Shown piece by piece: positions 14,701-26,107 of a stretch of 64,000 nucleotides of DNA (position 1 is the first letter of the stretch; every line of letters starts with the position of its first letter). Source of the stretch: Paragordius varius (taxonomy: Eukaryota > Animalia > Nematomorpha). Under the pieces are notes generated by a model. That model did no database searches. It was not told where the DNA came from and saw nothing but the letters and a program-made list of their open reading frames with translations. The position numbers and the translations under genes were made by a program. The stretch lies in contig OZ176052.1 in NCBI GenBank assembly GCA_964247055.1, positions 6,758,001-6,822,000 on the forward strand, written 5' to 3'.

Positions 14701-15125
14701 TAAATTATATTAATATGTTTAATAAATACCTGAGCGATAGCTCTATTATCACAGGTCGGTAGTATGTAGTATCCCACCGTTATATTAAGCATATCCAGCA
14801 ATAATTTTACCGGTGATCTATATGCCTGCGATGAATGCATATATGATGATGTTAGGTTTGGGTGTATGATTAGTCTATTATGATTGTATGCATCAATAAC
14901 GTACACCATGGCATACACAATCAAAATTTGGTATTCATCCAGTTGTTGACTGCAGTAATCAGATGGTTCGTTTCTAGCTTGATAGGTTTTGAGCAAACCA
15001 CCTATGTTTACATCCCCCAAACGTATTAGCTGTGTTCTAGGGAAATTTTCTAAAGCTTTTCTCATGCCTAACGTCCTTGTACACCAACTCATGGTCCAAA
15101 GAAGGGCAAACAAATGTAATTTCAT
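8790..15125 (-). CDS. Class C GPCR (mGluR/CaSR-like: signal peptide, Venus flytrap, Cys-rich domain, 7TM), ~1004 aa; exons 15125-14730, 12956-12787, 12473-10742, 9506-8790
   Basis: GDVNIGGLL, NITVGYYILPTC, VGPLNS..IPHISPT, FKWNRYAIIYSDD and CRD CSPLC..CCWVCHTC..C..CP..WP, followed by hydrophobic TM helices. All three introns are GT-AG with matching phases (0, 2, 0); total 3015 nt. Confidence 0.9.
9950..10180 (+). mobile_element. Probable tRNA-derived SINE in GPCR intron 3
   Basis: A-box-like TAGTAGGTAGGGCG and B-box-like GAGTTCAAACCC at tRNA-like spacing in a locally GC-richer island; no full cloverleaf. Confidence 0.4.
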
Positions 15126-15942
15126 GGTTAGAATATGAAAATTAATACCTATTTTATCCAATGACTATTCATTTTTTTCATCTAAAAGGAATATTTTTAT
15201 CCTATTTTTATCAGAGTTTATATCAAATTAATTAAAAACCAATTAATATACAATAAAGACGTACAATTATACGCCTCGTTCAACGCATAAAATAGAAGTA
15301 ATTAATATATTGTTATATAACCAATGGTAAAACAGATTTATGGAATGGTTAATTAAATGAGATGATTTAGAAATATAAACTTTGACGTAATTCCATATTC
15401 GTACATATAATTTCACTATAAAAAATCATAATTGTAAAAGTCTGATTTTTGTGAATCTAAGATAACACGTTTTTAAGATGCGTATAAGCGCTTTTTCCAC
15501 AGCCTTTAGATACCTCGTTAGATTTGAATCTATTTGCAATGTGTATCGGAATTTATTATTTTATCCAATATATTTATATTTAAAAATAGGAATTTTGCTA
15601 TTATATCTAAAAAATTAATAATAAAGGTGACAACATACTTTTCTATTAAATGCTTTTATAGTTTATTAGGCCTGACCGCATCTATCTGTGACTGAGGTGA
15701 ATATCTTTTGACCGACTCCTTTAGGCAATGCTTAACCATGCCTCATTGTTATATATCTTTGTACCGTAACAATTAATCTTTAAATAGTCTAATATTTTCT
15801 AGAAAAATTGTTTCCAAGAGTAAATTACACTTTTAAATGTTTCAAAAATGATATTGTAAGAATTTCGTAAACAAAATCAAAAATTTTAATACATTTAAAA
15901 AAATATATTCAATTTAACTTGGATACAGCACACTCATTTTAG

Positions 15943-16496
15943 TCCTTCGGTTCAAATTGGGGTAGTTGGATACCCCAGGCTTGTTTAAAATCAAATACTT
16001 TAGAAAGTATGGAAGCAATCGAAACCATGGCAAAATTTTGCACTTATATAACATTAATTAACCGAAATATATAAAAAATTATATTTAAAAATACTTGATA
16101 TTACTTATTTTGAGCTAAAACTGAAAGGTAAAAATTTAGTCAATGTGACATGTGTCAAATTGTAAAATTAAAAAATAATACAAAATAAACCGCTTTTTCT
16201 ATTTCTATCAATGTTAGATGTAATTTATATAAAAAATAAGCTTTAGTTTTACCCTTAAAATTAAATGAAGAAGATATTTTGCAAAATTTTTGCAAAATAA
16301 AAATGGCGTCGAAGTAGTTTGAGATGGAACTTTTTTTCAAAACAAAGTTTTATTAAGATATTTTGGCATATTTATAAAATATTTATCAGGATAGAAGCAT
16401 AAATTTAAATTGGGACCGTTTTCTTCAGTAGTTTTTTAAAAATTTTAATTTAAATTTAGTCTGGGGTATTTAGATACCCCAATTTGAATCGAAGTG
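15943..16496. mobile_element. MITE with piggyBac-like ends; second copy at ~37889-38350
   Basis: Imperfect TIR TCCTTCGGTTCAAATTGGGG / CCCCAATTTGAATCGAAGTG, followed by TTAA at 16497-16500. The internal AAAATAAAAATGGCGTCGAAGTA block is shared with the 38160 region. Confidence 0.55.
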
Positions 16497-18230
16497 TTAA
16501 TAGAGACATACGATATTTATATCCATTTTTATATAGAATGATAATAAAGTTTGATTAAATTTGCGCCATGAATAATGAACCTTACCATTAAGTGATTATA
16601 AAAGGAGGGGTAAGTATTCACATTTTTCGCATTGCTATTTATAGATACGTTTTCGGGATTGAAAATTATTATCGCTTGACATAAAATAGAGCTGCCCAGC
16701 GGATATAAAAATGAATTGTTTTACACTGACAAAAATAAAATTAAGAACTGTGTGCTTAATTTGTCCAATATCGAAGAATCTGTCAATGTTTTGTTATTTG
16801 CCCATTTCTCCTAGGTTGCTAAATCCAGATTATTAAAAGCTTTCCGCTACAATCTGCATATTTGTTTCAGATATAATTGATTCTATCAAAAGCGCACTAT
16901 ATTGCATTGAGACTCTTAAGCCGTGTTTTTTGTAACACAGTAAACACTATAAATATCTTGAACTATATATATTTAATGGAATTCAGAATTTTTTTGGCTA
17001 TTAGTTTATTGCTTCTTAATGAAAAAGTAGCGAAATACGGCACATTAATATGACTTTTTGGTGAAATTAAGTGCTTCAATCAAATATATTAAATATCATC
17101 CAAATTTAATAATAAACAATAGATAGATAAAATATTATATTTTCGATGTATAATCCGAATCTTAAATTATGTAACCCCTCAAGCTAGTTGTTTTCAAAAA
17201 TGTAATATGGTCAAGTTTGCGCGATAACAATTTATAATATAAGCTAGATTATTACATATATATATATTAAATAATATTTTTGAATATTTAAATTTCAACA
17301 AAATTTTGGAGAAGCCTATTTTTAATGGAAACACTAAACCATTTGAGATATAAAAACACTATTTTCGGGCAGTGTATTTATGATTTTTGAATGTTTTTCT
17401 AACCTTTTAAACGTGGTCCGAACATTAAACACCGTTCATTAAATTTTGATAAAAGTTTTATAATAAATTAGCCCTTTTCAAAAATATTCTTTTTGATTTA
17501 TTCATATTATAATTTTTTAAATTTAATAAAACTAGCCCGTTTTAGGTCCGAAAATCTGAGACTTTCGGTGCTTATATTTAAAAACTTAAATATTTAGAAA
17601 ATATTGTTTTACTTTTTGGCTAGAGTGTATGATTTATTTAAATAATATTATTGGGAATGGAGCATTTGGTTAAAAAAATTTTATTCAGCTTATGTGCGAA
17701 ATTTTTGGGATTTTTGATATGGTTCGTTAACACAAAAGCGGTAATAATCTTCATAAATCTAAGACTCAAAATAAGAGCCAAATTAATGTATTTATCTAGG
17801 AATATATAATCAGGATATTTTTATACGCAATTGTGTGCATTAAGTGAATTAATCTCCCTTGGGATAGTATCTCAAAGCGATTTTATATTATAATAAAAAG
17901 CATATTATATTAGGCTAAATTTGAATTCTAATGCCTTTTAGGTGTGTTATTATTAAGAAATACTTATTTAATAAAGCATGAAATATATAAATCATAGCTT
18001 TGTAGCCAAATATTAATATATTGATATTTTGTTATTTCTCTAGAGAATTGCTAAAAATATGATATCATATACTATCGTAAAATATATTTTGTATTGAATA
18101 TATATAATAATATATACATTAAATGTATATGATTTAATATTTATAAAAATTTATATATCTCAAAATATTCATTTTATTATTTAAACATCAGTGCCACAAT
18201 CACATATACAAATTTCAAATTTCAATTTTG

Positions 18231-21200
18231 ATGAGCCTATTCTCAAAATATTTTTTCGTTTCTCAAGATGATAATTTGTAATATTTAATTAACATTAGGA
18301 AACAACGTATGAAAATTACTTTGATTCGACTAAACGAATTTGTAAAAAGTTATAATATTTTAGGAATATAAAATTAATTTTAATCAAGATGAGGCCCCAT
18401 ACGAGTATTTTACATTCAAATTAGACAATACTTCATTTAACAAGTTTGTAAAGTAATAATTTAGATTAAAAATTGAACAAGGCTTAATGTTTTTGTTTGA
18501 TGAATTTCCAACTAAGTTTATTAACTTATTAAATATGGTAGATGATCAAAACAAGTATTATTTTTTCAAAAAACAGGTCGTATCTATCCCTTTCCAAAAA
18601 GAATCAATCTTATATTTTTGCTATCAATGAAATAACATCATTTCGACAAATATGTCAACTTTCTTTGGAATTAATGATACCACCAATATCAGAGATTAAA
18701 TTATATTATGCCGAGTATATAAAAAATTTACAGGTTTGACAATAATTTAAAGATGGATTAAATTTAGATTGTATTGGTTTATTTGCCTATTTTTATACTT
18801 ATATAATGTTTTACAATATATATTTTTTATTGAATTAACGTTATAACAAACATTATTTGGCAGTTACAAACAATTTTCAAACCGTTAATTTATAAAAGAA
18901 TATGCTTATTATTTGCTAAAATTTATAAACTAATTCCAAATGTATATAGCAAAACCCCCAATATATGAAAAAAATATTTTCCTAATTCAATATTTTTGTT
19001 ATAAACATATTTAACATTTGCTCATTTATCTAAGTAAAGTATTTTGCCATATGATTAGTTATTTATTCCAATTTTTATGCATTCTGTGAATGTATATGGC
19101 CTATTATTTTATTTTATAAAATTTAATTATAAACGGTGCGTATAAATTTTAAGATTGAAAAAAGCCTATATGGATTTGAAAAAGGAGCGATTGATTATAC
19201 ATAGAGAATGATTCAAAACAATATCATTGATATTTAGGAAATAATTTTTGATTGGAAAATGCGTATATAATATATAAGACAACAGCGTTTTTGATGAATC
19301 TACATGAATATTCATAGCACTATTAATAGCATCAAGTGGTAAAATTTGGATTTTATTTGTCTTATGAAAGAGGATTTAACTAATGAATATAAATTGGTCA
19401 ATTTTATGGGATTAAAAATGTATCCATTTTAATGGATATTGTGCCAGATGGGTCTGTAATAATTTTTATATCTGACTCAAAACCGAGCCTTAAACCTGGC
19501 TCAGTACTATATATGATGACCTTACTGAGGCCAAACTAAATACAGAAGATGTGGAAAATAGAAGCAATTGGAAACAGTAACTTATCTTGATTCAGCTATC
19601 TTCAATTTTGAAGATCAACAGCTTTGATGGATATATCTTATTTAGAATGTTGCTTTTTAATTAATATATAATATAGTCATAATAACTATTAAATTAAATT
19701 CCCGTTTTATTAATTAAAGGAATTTTGAAATATACTCAAAATATTAATGATATAAAGTAAAATTTTCAGTTATATTTTAAATCTAGAATCTTCAGTTTTA
19801 TTTTCATAAAATTTTCAGGCACATTTTTGCGTCTTTATCCAACCATATTCCTGTCAAACGCTTTTTCATTATTAATTGCATGTAACTTCTTTTTTATTTT
19901 GATATGCTTTTCAATGAAGTTATTTTAGACAGTACTAGAAAAACGGATAAGAAAAATGGTTAGCATAGAGCAGTGATACTCAAACCGCGGCTTATGGGCT
20001 GCCACGGATCTAAAATTGATTTTCTATTGTCCTGAATTATTTATTTTATTTCTTATATGGCGTATAAATAGCTGCGAATTCAAACAACCAAAAAATTTTA
20101 TCAGTTTATGGCTCTCTAAAGAATATTTTCCGGGAAAGTCCACGATTGAATCGATTGCATTTAGAAGGTTAAGTGAAAAGCATATCGAAAGGGAAAAGGA
20201 GTTGCAGTGTATTTCAATCCATATTTTTAAATAGTTTGAAAGGATACCACTAAGTACAGATTAAGCCGAAAAAAATGTGCCTGAAACTTACCAAAAAATC
20301 CTGAAAAGCATGTACGACTCTGCCATACCAAAGTTAAACTTCAGGGACTGTCAGATACTTATTTACTAAACCAAGGCGTCTATCATGGGTCAATCAGTCC
20401 GTTGCTATAAAAAATATGCATGGACCAAATTTCAAAAGAGGTAGGACGATATGGTGCCTGTATTTGCTTTATGCAGGTGACCTAATTGTGCTGTCAGTCG
20501 AGTTCCAATAAAAGAATTGGCGGATTGTTGTGTTACAACGGGTCGGTTTAAGTTATAAAAGAAAACGGAACTTATAAATTTTGGTGGGAAAAAACGAGAA
20601 ATGGTATTAGAAGAAGGTTGGATAAAGGTCAGGAGGAAGGGAATATTTAGGAGCGATTTTAGCAGCAGATGGTTGAACACATTACAAAAAAGTTATGCTA
20701 AAAATATTGATTTTAAAGATAACGGTGAGATTCACTACTGTTGTATAACCAACAAAAAGAAAAGCACTTTTAGTTACTGAGATGGAGATAGTTAGATTAA
20801 GGTGCGAAAAAAAGACATAGTGAAAATAAGTACTTAAAAACACTCCTAGATGGTTTAAACACAAAGAAATGTATTTTTTGTGGAAACAAGGGAAGAGGGT
20901 GCTCTAAAACGCGGTGGATAGATACGGTTAAAAGGGATATGGCAAAGTTAAACTTAAAACGCAAAGACGCCATAAATAGGGCTCTATGGCGAAATAGTTT
21001 ACGAATTTGACCGCTCGAAAGAGTGATATCACATAATGTAATTATTATTATCGTTTAATTTATTACACGGAATTTTATGTTTTATACGACATATTTTATC
21101 GTTTTAGGAAGAAATCTCATGCATAACCCAATCCAAGAATATCAAAGAAAATGAGTTGTCTTCAAAAATCGAATTGCAAAAAAATTTAGTAATAATTTTT

Positions 21201-22825
21201 TACTTAATTAAGCTTCACACAAAAGATAAACGCATCTCAGATTTGAATGAACAGATAAAAAATATTCAAAATGAATTGACATGTAAGGCCAAACAAGAAA
21301 TTGATTTATTGAATCAAAAAATGATTGAGGTTAATATACGCCGACATATATTTTAGGTGCAAAAAAATTTTGATACATCTACACAAAATCAAATTGATTT
21401 GGCTGAAAAGAAGTTTATCAAAGAATCCGAAAATTACAAAAGAAAATCGGAAAACCTCGTTAATGACAATAAGGCTAGTTTACATAACCACGATAAACAA
21501 CCCTATAATTTTTTTCATTATGATATAGAATTTAAATCTTTATTAAAGTATATTTCAATATGTGTTTTTATAAGTCATTTTAGGCTGTTTCTATGTTGTT
21601 TTTTAACTATAAGTTTTGATGGTACACCATCGTAAACTATCCAGCTTTTTGCTAAATAGTTCTTTATCATACAATCTGTTTTTAGTTTGATTGGAATGTT
21701 CATAATTATTATTTTAGAATTTAACAAATCGGTTAAATCAGGCATTGTTAGATAAACAAAACAATACAGAACAGTATAAAAAGCAAATTGATGATTTACA
21801 ACAAGATAATTACGAATGTAAAATGTTGCTTAAACAGTTACAAGAACGGTACGAAGCCTTCAAATCTGAAAAGGTTTAAATTCAATGTATAAAATATTTC
21901 ATAGATTTTGGTAATATATAAAACTTGTTTGATCATACATTTTTTATTTTCCAATTATATATGAATTCAATTCACTTATTAGGAATCTTATGTGGTAAAA
22001 TTGGGAAAGAAAGAAGAGGAGAGACAAAATTTGAAGGAATCAATTAAAACCTTAATGGAAGATTTGGGTAAAGGTCATGAAATTATCCGTAAGTTGCAGA
22101 CTGAAAATCGGATATTGGTTGAAAAAGTAAATATGTACTAATAAAATTTTAAAATATTTCCTGATATTTTTATTTTCTTGTAAATGCATAATAATTGTTG
22201 TTATTTTCTTGTAAATGCATAATAATCGTGGTTATACACCAGAATAGAATATATTTTTCCCCACATCTATTGCATTTAATAAAAAAAATAATTGTATTGG
22301 CCTTTACGACTGTTTTTGAATCGTTTTTAATTTTTATATATTCACACCTATATTTAATATTGTAAATTCGTTAATATATAATAAAATTTTAGATCATTAT
22401 AGATTAGAAACAATATATCTTTTAGATATCAACTCAGAATACCATTATGTTGAAGCAAGAAGAAACTGTGGAAAGTCACCGAAAACTTGTTATGGAACTT
22501 GATAAACGTTTCCAAGATTCCAAACATGAGTTTGACAAATTAAACTCAATGTATCAAACAACAATGTCAGAAAATGTCCAATTGCGCGAACAAAACGCTA
22601 ATTTTCAGGAAAAACTTGCGCTAAATGAAACTGGTTTTACCTTGATTTATTTTAAACCAATTATTTTTTTAAATAAATTTATTAATCATAATTTTTAACA
22701 AAATTATAGTCATAAATTGGTTAAATAAGCAAATCGCCGAGCTTAAATTGGGTGGAAACGTAAGTGATAATGGCAAAAAACAAATTACGCACAACAATAA
22801 AAAAGAAACGAAACCTAAAGTATAA
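18231..22825 (+). CDS. SASS6: Spindle assembly abnormal protein 6 (centriole cartwheel protein), ~451 aa if it stops at 22825; exons 18231-18277, 18299-18341, 18364-18443, 18465-18554, 18577-18733, 21108-21188, 21213-21329, 21357-21473, 21718-21873, 21983-22126, 22426-22633, 22710-22825
   Basis: Spliced product has the SAS-6 head (SFNKLKIEQGLMFLFDEFPTKFINLL; FAINEITSFRQICQLSLELMIPPISEIKLYY) and coiled-coil motifs (IKTLMEDLGKGHEIIRKLQ; KISTQNTIMLKQE; LNETVINWLNKQI). These match recalled human motifs [55 protein letters not shown] and NEKLITWLNKEL. All phases are consistent. Confidence 0.9.
18278..18298 (+). other. 21-nt GT-AG intron (SAS-6 intron 1)
   Basis: GTAATATTTAATTAACATTAG; contains an in-frame TAA; removal joins MSLFSKYFFVSQDDN-L-KQRMKITL. 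Confidence 0.75.
18342..18363 (+). other. 22-nt GT-AG intron (SAS-6 intron 2)
   Basis: GTAAAAAGTTATAATATTTTAG; removal is required to reach the frame of the next exon (EYKINFNQDEAPYEYF). Confidence 0.8.
18444..18464 (+). other. 21-nt GT-AG intron (SAS-6 intron 3)
   Basis: GTTTGTAAAGTAATAATTTAG; two in-frame TAA; removal restores the ungapped motif SFNK-LKIEQGL. Confidence 0.9.
18555..18576 (+). other. 22-nt GT-AG intron (SAS-6 intron 4)
   Basis: GTATTATTTTTTCAAAAAACAG; SAS-6-like sequence lies in different frames on either side, and removal reconciles them. Confidence 0.9.
20005..21010 (+). mobile_element. Degenerate RTE-clade LINE (reverse transcriptase and C-terminal region) in SAS-6 intron 5
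   Basis: Fragmentary frames PGKSTIESIA..EKHIEREKEL, GVYHGSISPLL, LLYAGDL and GRGCSKTRWIDTVKRDM...DAINRALWR, with many stops and frameshifts. Confidence 0.8.
21189..21212 (+). other. 24-nt in-frame GT-AG intron candidate (SAS-6 intron 6)
   Basis: GTAATAATTTTTTACTTAATTAAG; has no stop, and if retained inserts hydrophobic VIIFYLIK into the coiled coil. Confidence 0.6.
21330..21356 (+). other. 27-nt GT-AG intron (SAS-6 intron 7)
   Basis: GTTAATATACGCCGACATATATTTTAG; its terminal TAG is an in-frame stop between two coiled-coil ORFs (21156-21356 and 21357-21635). Confidence 0.85.
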
Positions 22826-23242
22826 ATATATTAATGTTTATAGTGGAAAATTTGATGCATATGTCGATATATTTTTAATTAGATTTCCAAGAATTTATTT
22901 TATTTATCAAAATAAATTATTATTTATTTTTGTATAAACTGGTGCAAAACTGATTACACAATATGTGTTATTCATATAAGGATATCAGTTTAATTAGTTA
23001 CATTTAAATATTATTATTAATCATAAACTCTTACCGTTATCATTTATTTTGTATAAACATGTATTTTTTATATATTAAATATATACGCACTTGATAATCT
23101 TATAGGTTTTTAAAAAATAATCTATTTAATTTAACGATTTTAAATTTTTTTTTGAATCACACGCTATTACAATTAGCCACACTATGACCGTGACACAAAC
23201 AAAAAGAATTATTATTTCAATATATTAAACCGTATCACTCAC

Positions 23243-23353
23243 CTGAGCAGTCTTGCAGTACAAGTGTTTGCATGAAAAATCTTACGAGAACCTTGATTTG
23301 TAAACAACAATACTCTTTTATTTGATGTGGGACATCCCCAGCACGCTTACCTT
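23243..23353 (-). CDS. Orphan 111-nt exon candidate (xGKRAGDVPHQIKEYCCLQIKVLVRFFMQTLVLQDCS)
   Basis: Flanked by a TTATAG acceptor and a CAG|GTGAGT donor; open in phase 1/1; no partner exons identified. Confidence 0.3.
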
Positions 23354-23671
23354 CTATAATAAAATTTCTTAATACTTTTAAATTTTGAATCTAAACCATC
23401 GTAATTTATTTTTAGATCTATTTAATATATGTGGCTACTTATGTAAAACATTTCTCATTTATTCGACTTGACAGTTTTTATTTCGTTTTTACACATAAGG
23501 TACTACGTTTTTGCAAAGACGATTGAATTTTTCCTTTGATATTACAAGATTCAGTTTGACATTTAGTTACCCTCCCGCAATTATATAGTACGTACCCATT
23601 TATTGACATTTTAAAATGATCCAAAAAAGAAAATTTTAAATTTTATGTTTCTTATCAATTTATAATATTTA

Positions 23672-26041
23672 TTAGCTGGCCCTGTCAAGCCTCGCTATGA
23701 CGTAGTTTCACAAATAATTATATTTAATAATTTGCAATAAATAGAGGAAAGATAAAAAAATAATAAAAAACATATTTAATAAAAAGAATGTTTTTAATTA
23801 TTCTTTTACGGATTTTTGCATAGGCTCAAACATTGTTTACTCGAAATTAACCATATTTAAACTGTCCCTTATTTAACGTTCAACTATCATTGGATTTATT
23901 TTAAATGGTTTATGAAATCATGGTTAAAAGTTTTATATTGAAATTGTGTTCACACACCTGGGATCAAGGGGTATAAAGTAAATTGTTTGTAATCCCTTTT
24001 AAAAGAACAGAATGGAATTATACGAATTCCCCAGAAATGTGTTTAACTGAACTCGTATGGCTTCTTTAGTTTTTGAAAATTAGTTCCAAAATTACGCCAT
24101 TTTTGTATGGCGTCCCATTTAAACTCTTATATCCCTACCCATAGACCTATATGGAAAAGCGCTGAATTAAATTCTTTGCCTTTATAGGGCAAATACTTGG
24201 AATCATCTTTGATACCATCGTCTCATGGGCTATTCGAAAAAAACCTCAACACTAAATAATCTATAATGGCGTATTTTTAGGGGTATAAAGGCATTAACGG
24301 CTAATTAAAAAAGCCTGACCTTAATTTTTATCTAGTTACGGGTAATATTTCAAGCTTTTAATGAGCTCATATGACTTCATAAATTTTCTGTAAATTAGCT
24401 CCAAAACAATGCAATTTCTATATAGTGTCGCAGTTTTTGGCGGGTCTCTCCCTACCCAGGGGCAGGCATAAAAAAGCGTGAGGCAAATTTTTGCCTTTAT
24501 ATGGGGAATATCTGGATTTATCATAATTTCCATATGTCCCTATTTGCCTCTTAGGTTTTCTGAAAAATGCCTCTAAAGGCATGCTGTATCGATATGATGA
24601 CGCAGTTTTATGCGGGTAACACCCTAACCAGAGGCGAAACAAAACAACAAATTTTTTGCCTTAATTCGGTAATACCTGGAATCATGGTTGATTCCATATG
24701 CTCTCGTGGGCTTTTCGAAAAATTGCCTTAAAACCAAAAAGTCATTCTATGGTGGCGTATTTTTCAGGGCAAGCCTAATTAAGGAGTCATTTAATAAAAC
24801 CGACTGCTTTTTCCAGGTAATATTTCACGCCCTTATTGAACTCATATGGCCAGATAAGTTTTCTAAAATTTGCCTCCAAAGTCTCGCTGTATCGATATGG
24901 TGGAGCAGTTGTAGGCGAACACCTTTCCAGAGGCCACGTTCGATAAAAATTTTTGCCTTTATGGGTGAATACCTGGAATCACTATTCATTCCTTATGTTC
25001 TTGATAATTTTTGAAAGAATGGCTTCAAAACTAAATATTAGTTCAATGATAGCGCATTTTTTAGGCGCAAAGGGCCTAATTAACGGGTAATTAAAAAAAC
25101 CGCTCAACTTAAATTTCTGCTTTTTTACGGGTAAAATTTCATGCCCTTATTAAACTTATGTGGCTTGATAAGTTTTCTGAAAACTCCTAAACAACGCAAT
25201 TTAAATATGGTGGGTAGTTTTAGGCTGGTAGCTCCCTACCCAAAGGCTGATACAAAAAAGCGCTTGATAATAATTTTTGCCTATTTACGGAGAATACCTG
25301 GAATCATGATTGATTCCATATGCTATCATTAATTTTTGAAAATATTGCCTCAAAATTAAAAAATCATTCTATAGTGGCGCATTCTTCAGGGCGTGAAGGG
25401 CCTAATTAACGGATAATTTTAAAACACACGACCAAAATTTTCGCTTTGTTACGGGTAATAATTTAAGCACGGATTAAACTCATATGGTCTGATAGGAATT
25501 TTAGCCCCAAAGGCACACTATTTCGATATCACGGATCAGTTTTTAGCGGGTAGCTCCTTACCCGGCAAATATAAAAGAAAGGCACGACTAAAGTTTTTGC
25601 TTTTGAACAGGGAATACCTGGTATCCTTATTGAATTTTTACGGTCTCATATCTTGGGCGAAAAATAGATTCAAAAAACTATTTTTGTGGACACTTTTTTT
25701 TGAAAAAAGTGGCTACGGGGGCAGCGGGTAAAAAGAGGGCCTAAATTAAAAATGCGAGCCCACTATGTTCGGCGCAATCGAAAATAAATAAAAAAAAATT
25801 ATATTTGAATTCGAATGGTCCAACACATTTTCCGGAAAATTGTTTCAACACGATTTTTGTGGATTTCTTTCAAAAAAACCCGTTTTTTACACGGGATGGG
25901 CCCGAACTGGGGGCCTAATTAAAAAGGGCGAAGATGTTGTTGGGGCATTCATTAATGATTATATTTGGATTTGAATGGGTCTACCGGGTTTCCGGAAGCA
26001 GATCACAAAGCCAGCATTTTCCATTTTTATAAATATATCGA
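23672..26041 (-). mobile_element. Non-autonomous Helitron, copy A, with an internal ~300-bp tandem array
   Basis: On the minus strand: A|TC 5' end, hairpin GTCATAGC-GAG-GCTTGAC upstream of a CTAA|T 3' end (CTAG in copy B). Collinear with 39326-41559; the GAATACCTGGAATC motif recurs about 5 times. Confidence 0.75.
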
Positions 26042-26107
26042 TTTCGATTTCCTCTCAAAAAAGTATAATATTAGTTTAATTGCAACACTTATTGAAAGCA
26101 TTTTATT

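Noticed and set aside
16724-17374. Second Chapaev-like MITE (CACTG...CAGTG ends)
   Set aside because: TIR match is short and flanks (TTA vs TAT) are not a clean TSD.
18231-18733. Alternative idea that the SAS-6 stops and frameshifts are pseudogenisation, readthrough or assembly errors
   Set aside because: Every disruption falls precisely within a 21-22-nt AT-rich GT..AG block whose removal gives gap-free homology; random lesions would not do this four times in a row.
24100-25700. Regularly recurring GAATACCTGGAATC motif resembling a CRISPR-like array
   Set aside because: Period ~300 bp with homologous rather than unique spacers, no cas genes, eukaryotic context; explained as a Helitron tandem array.
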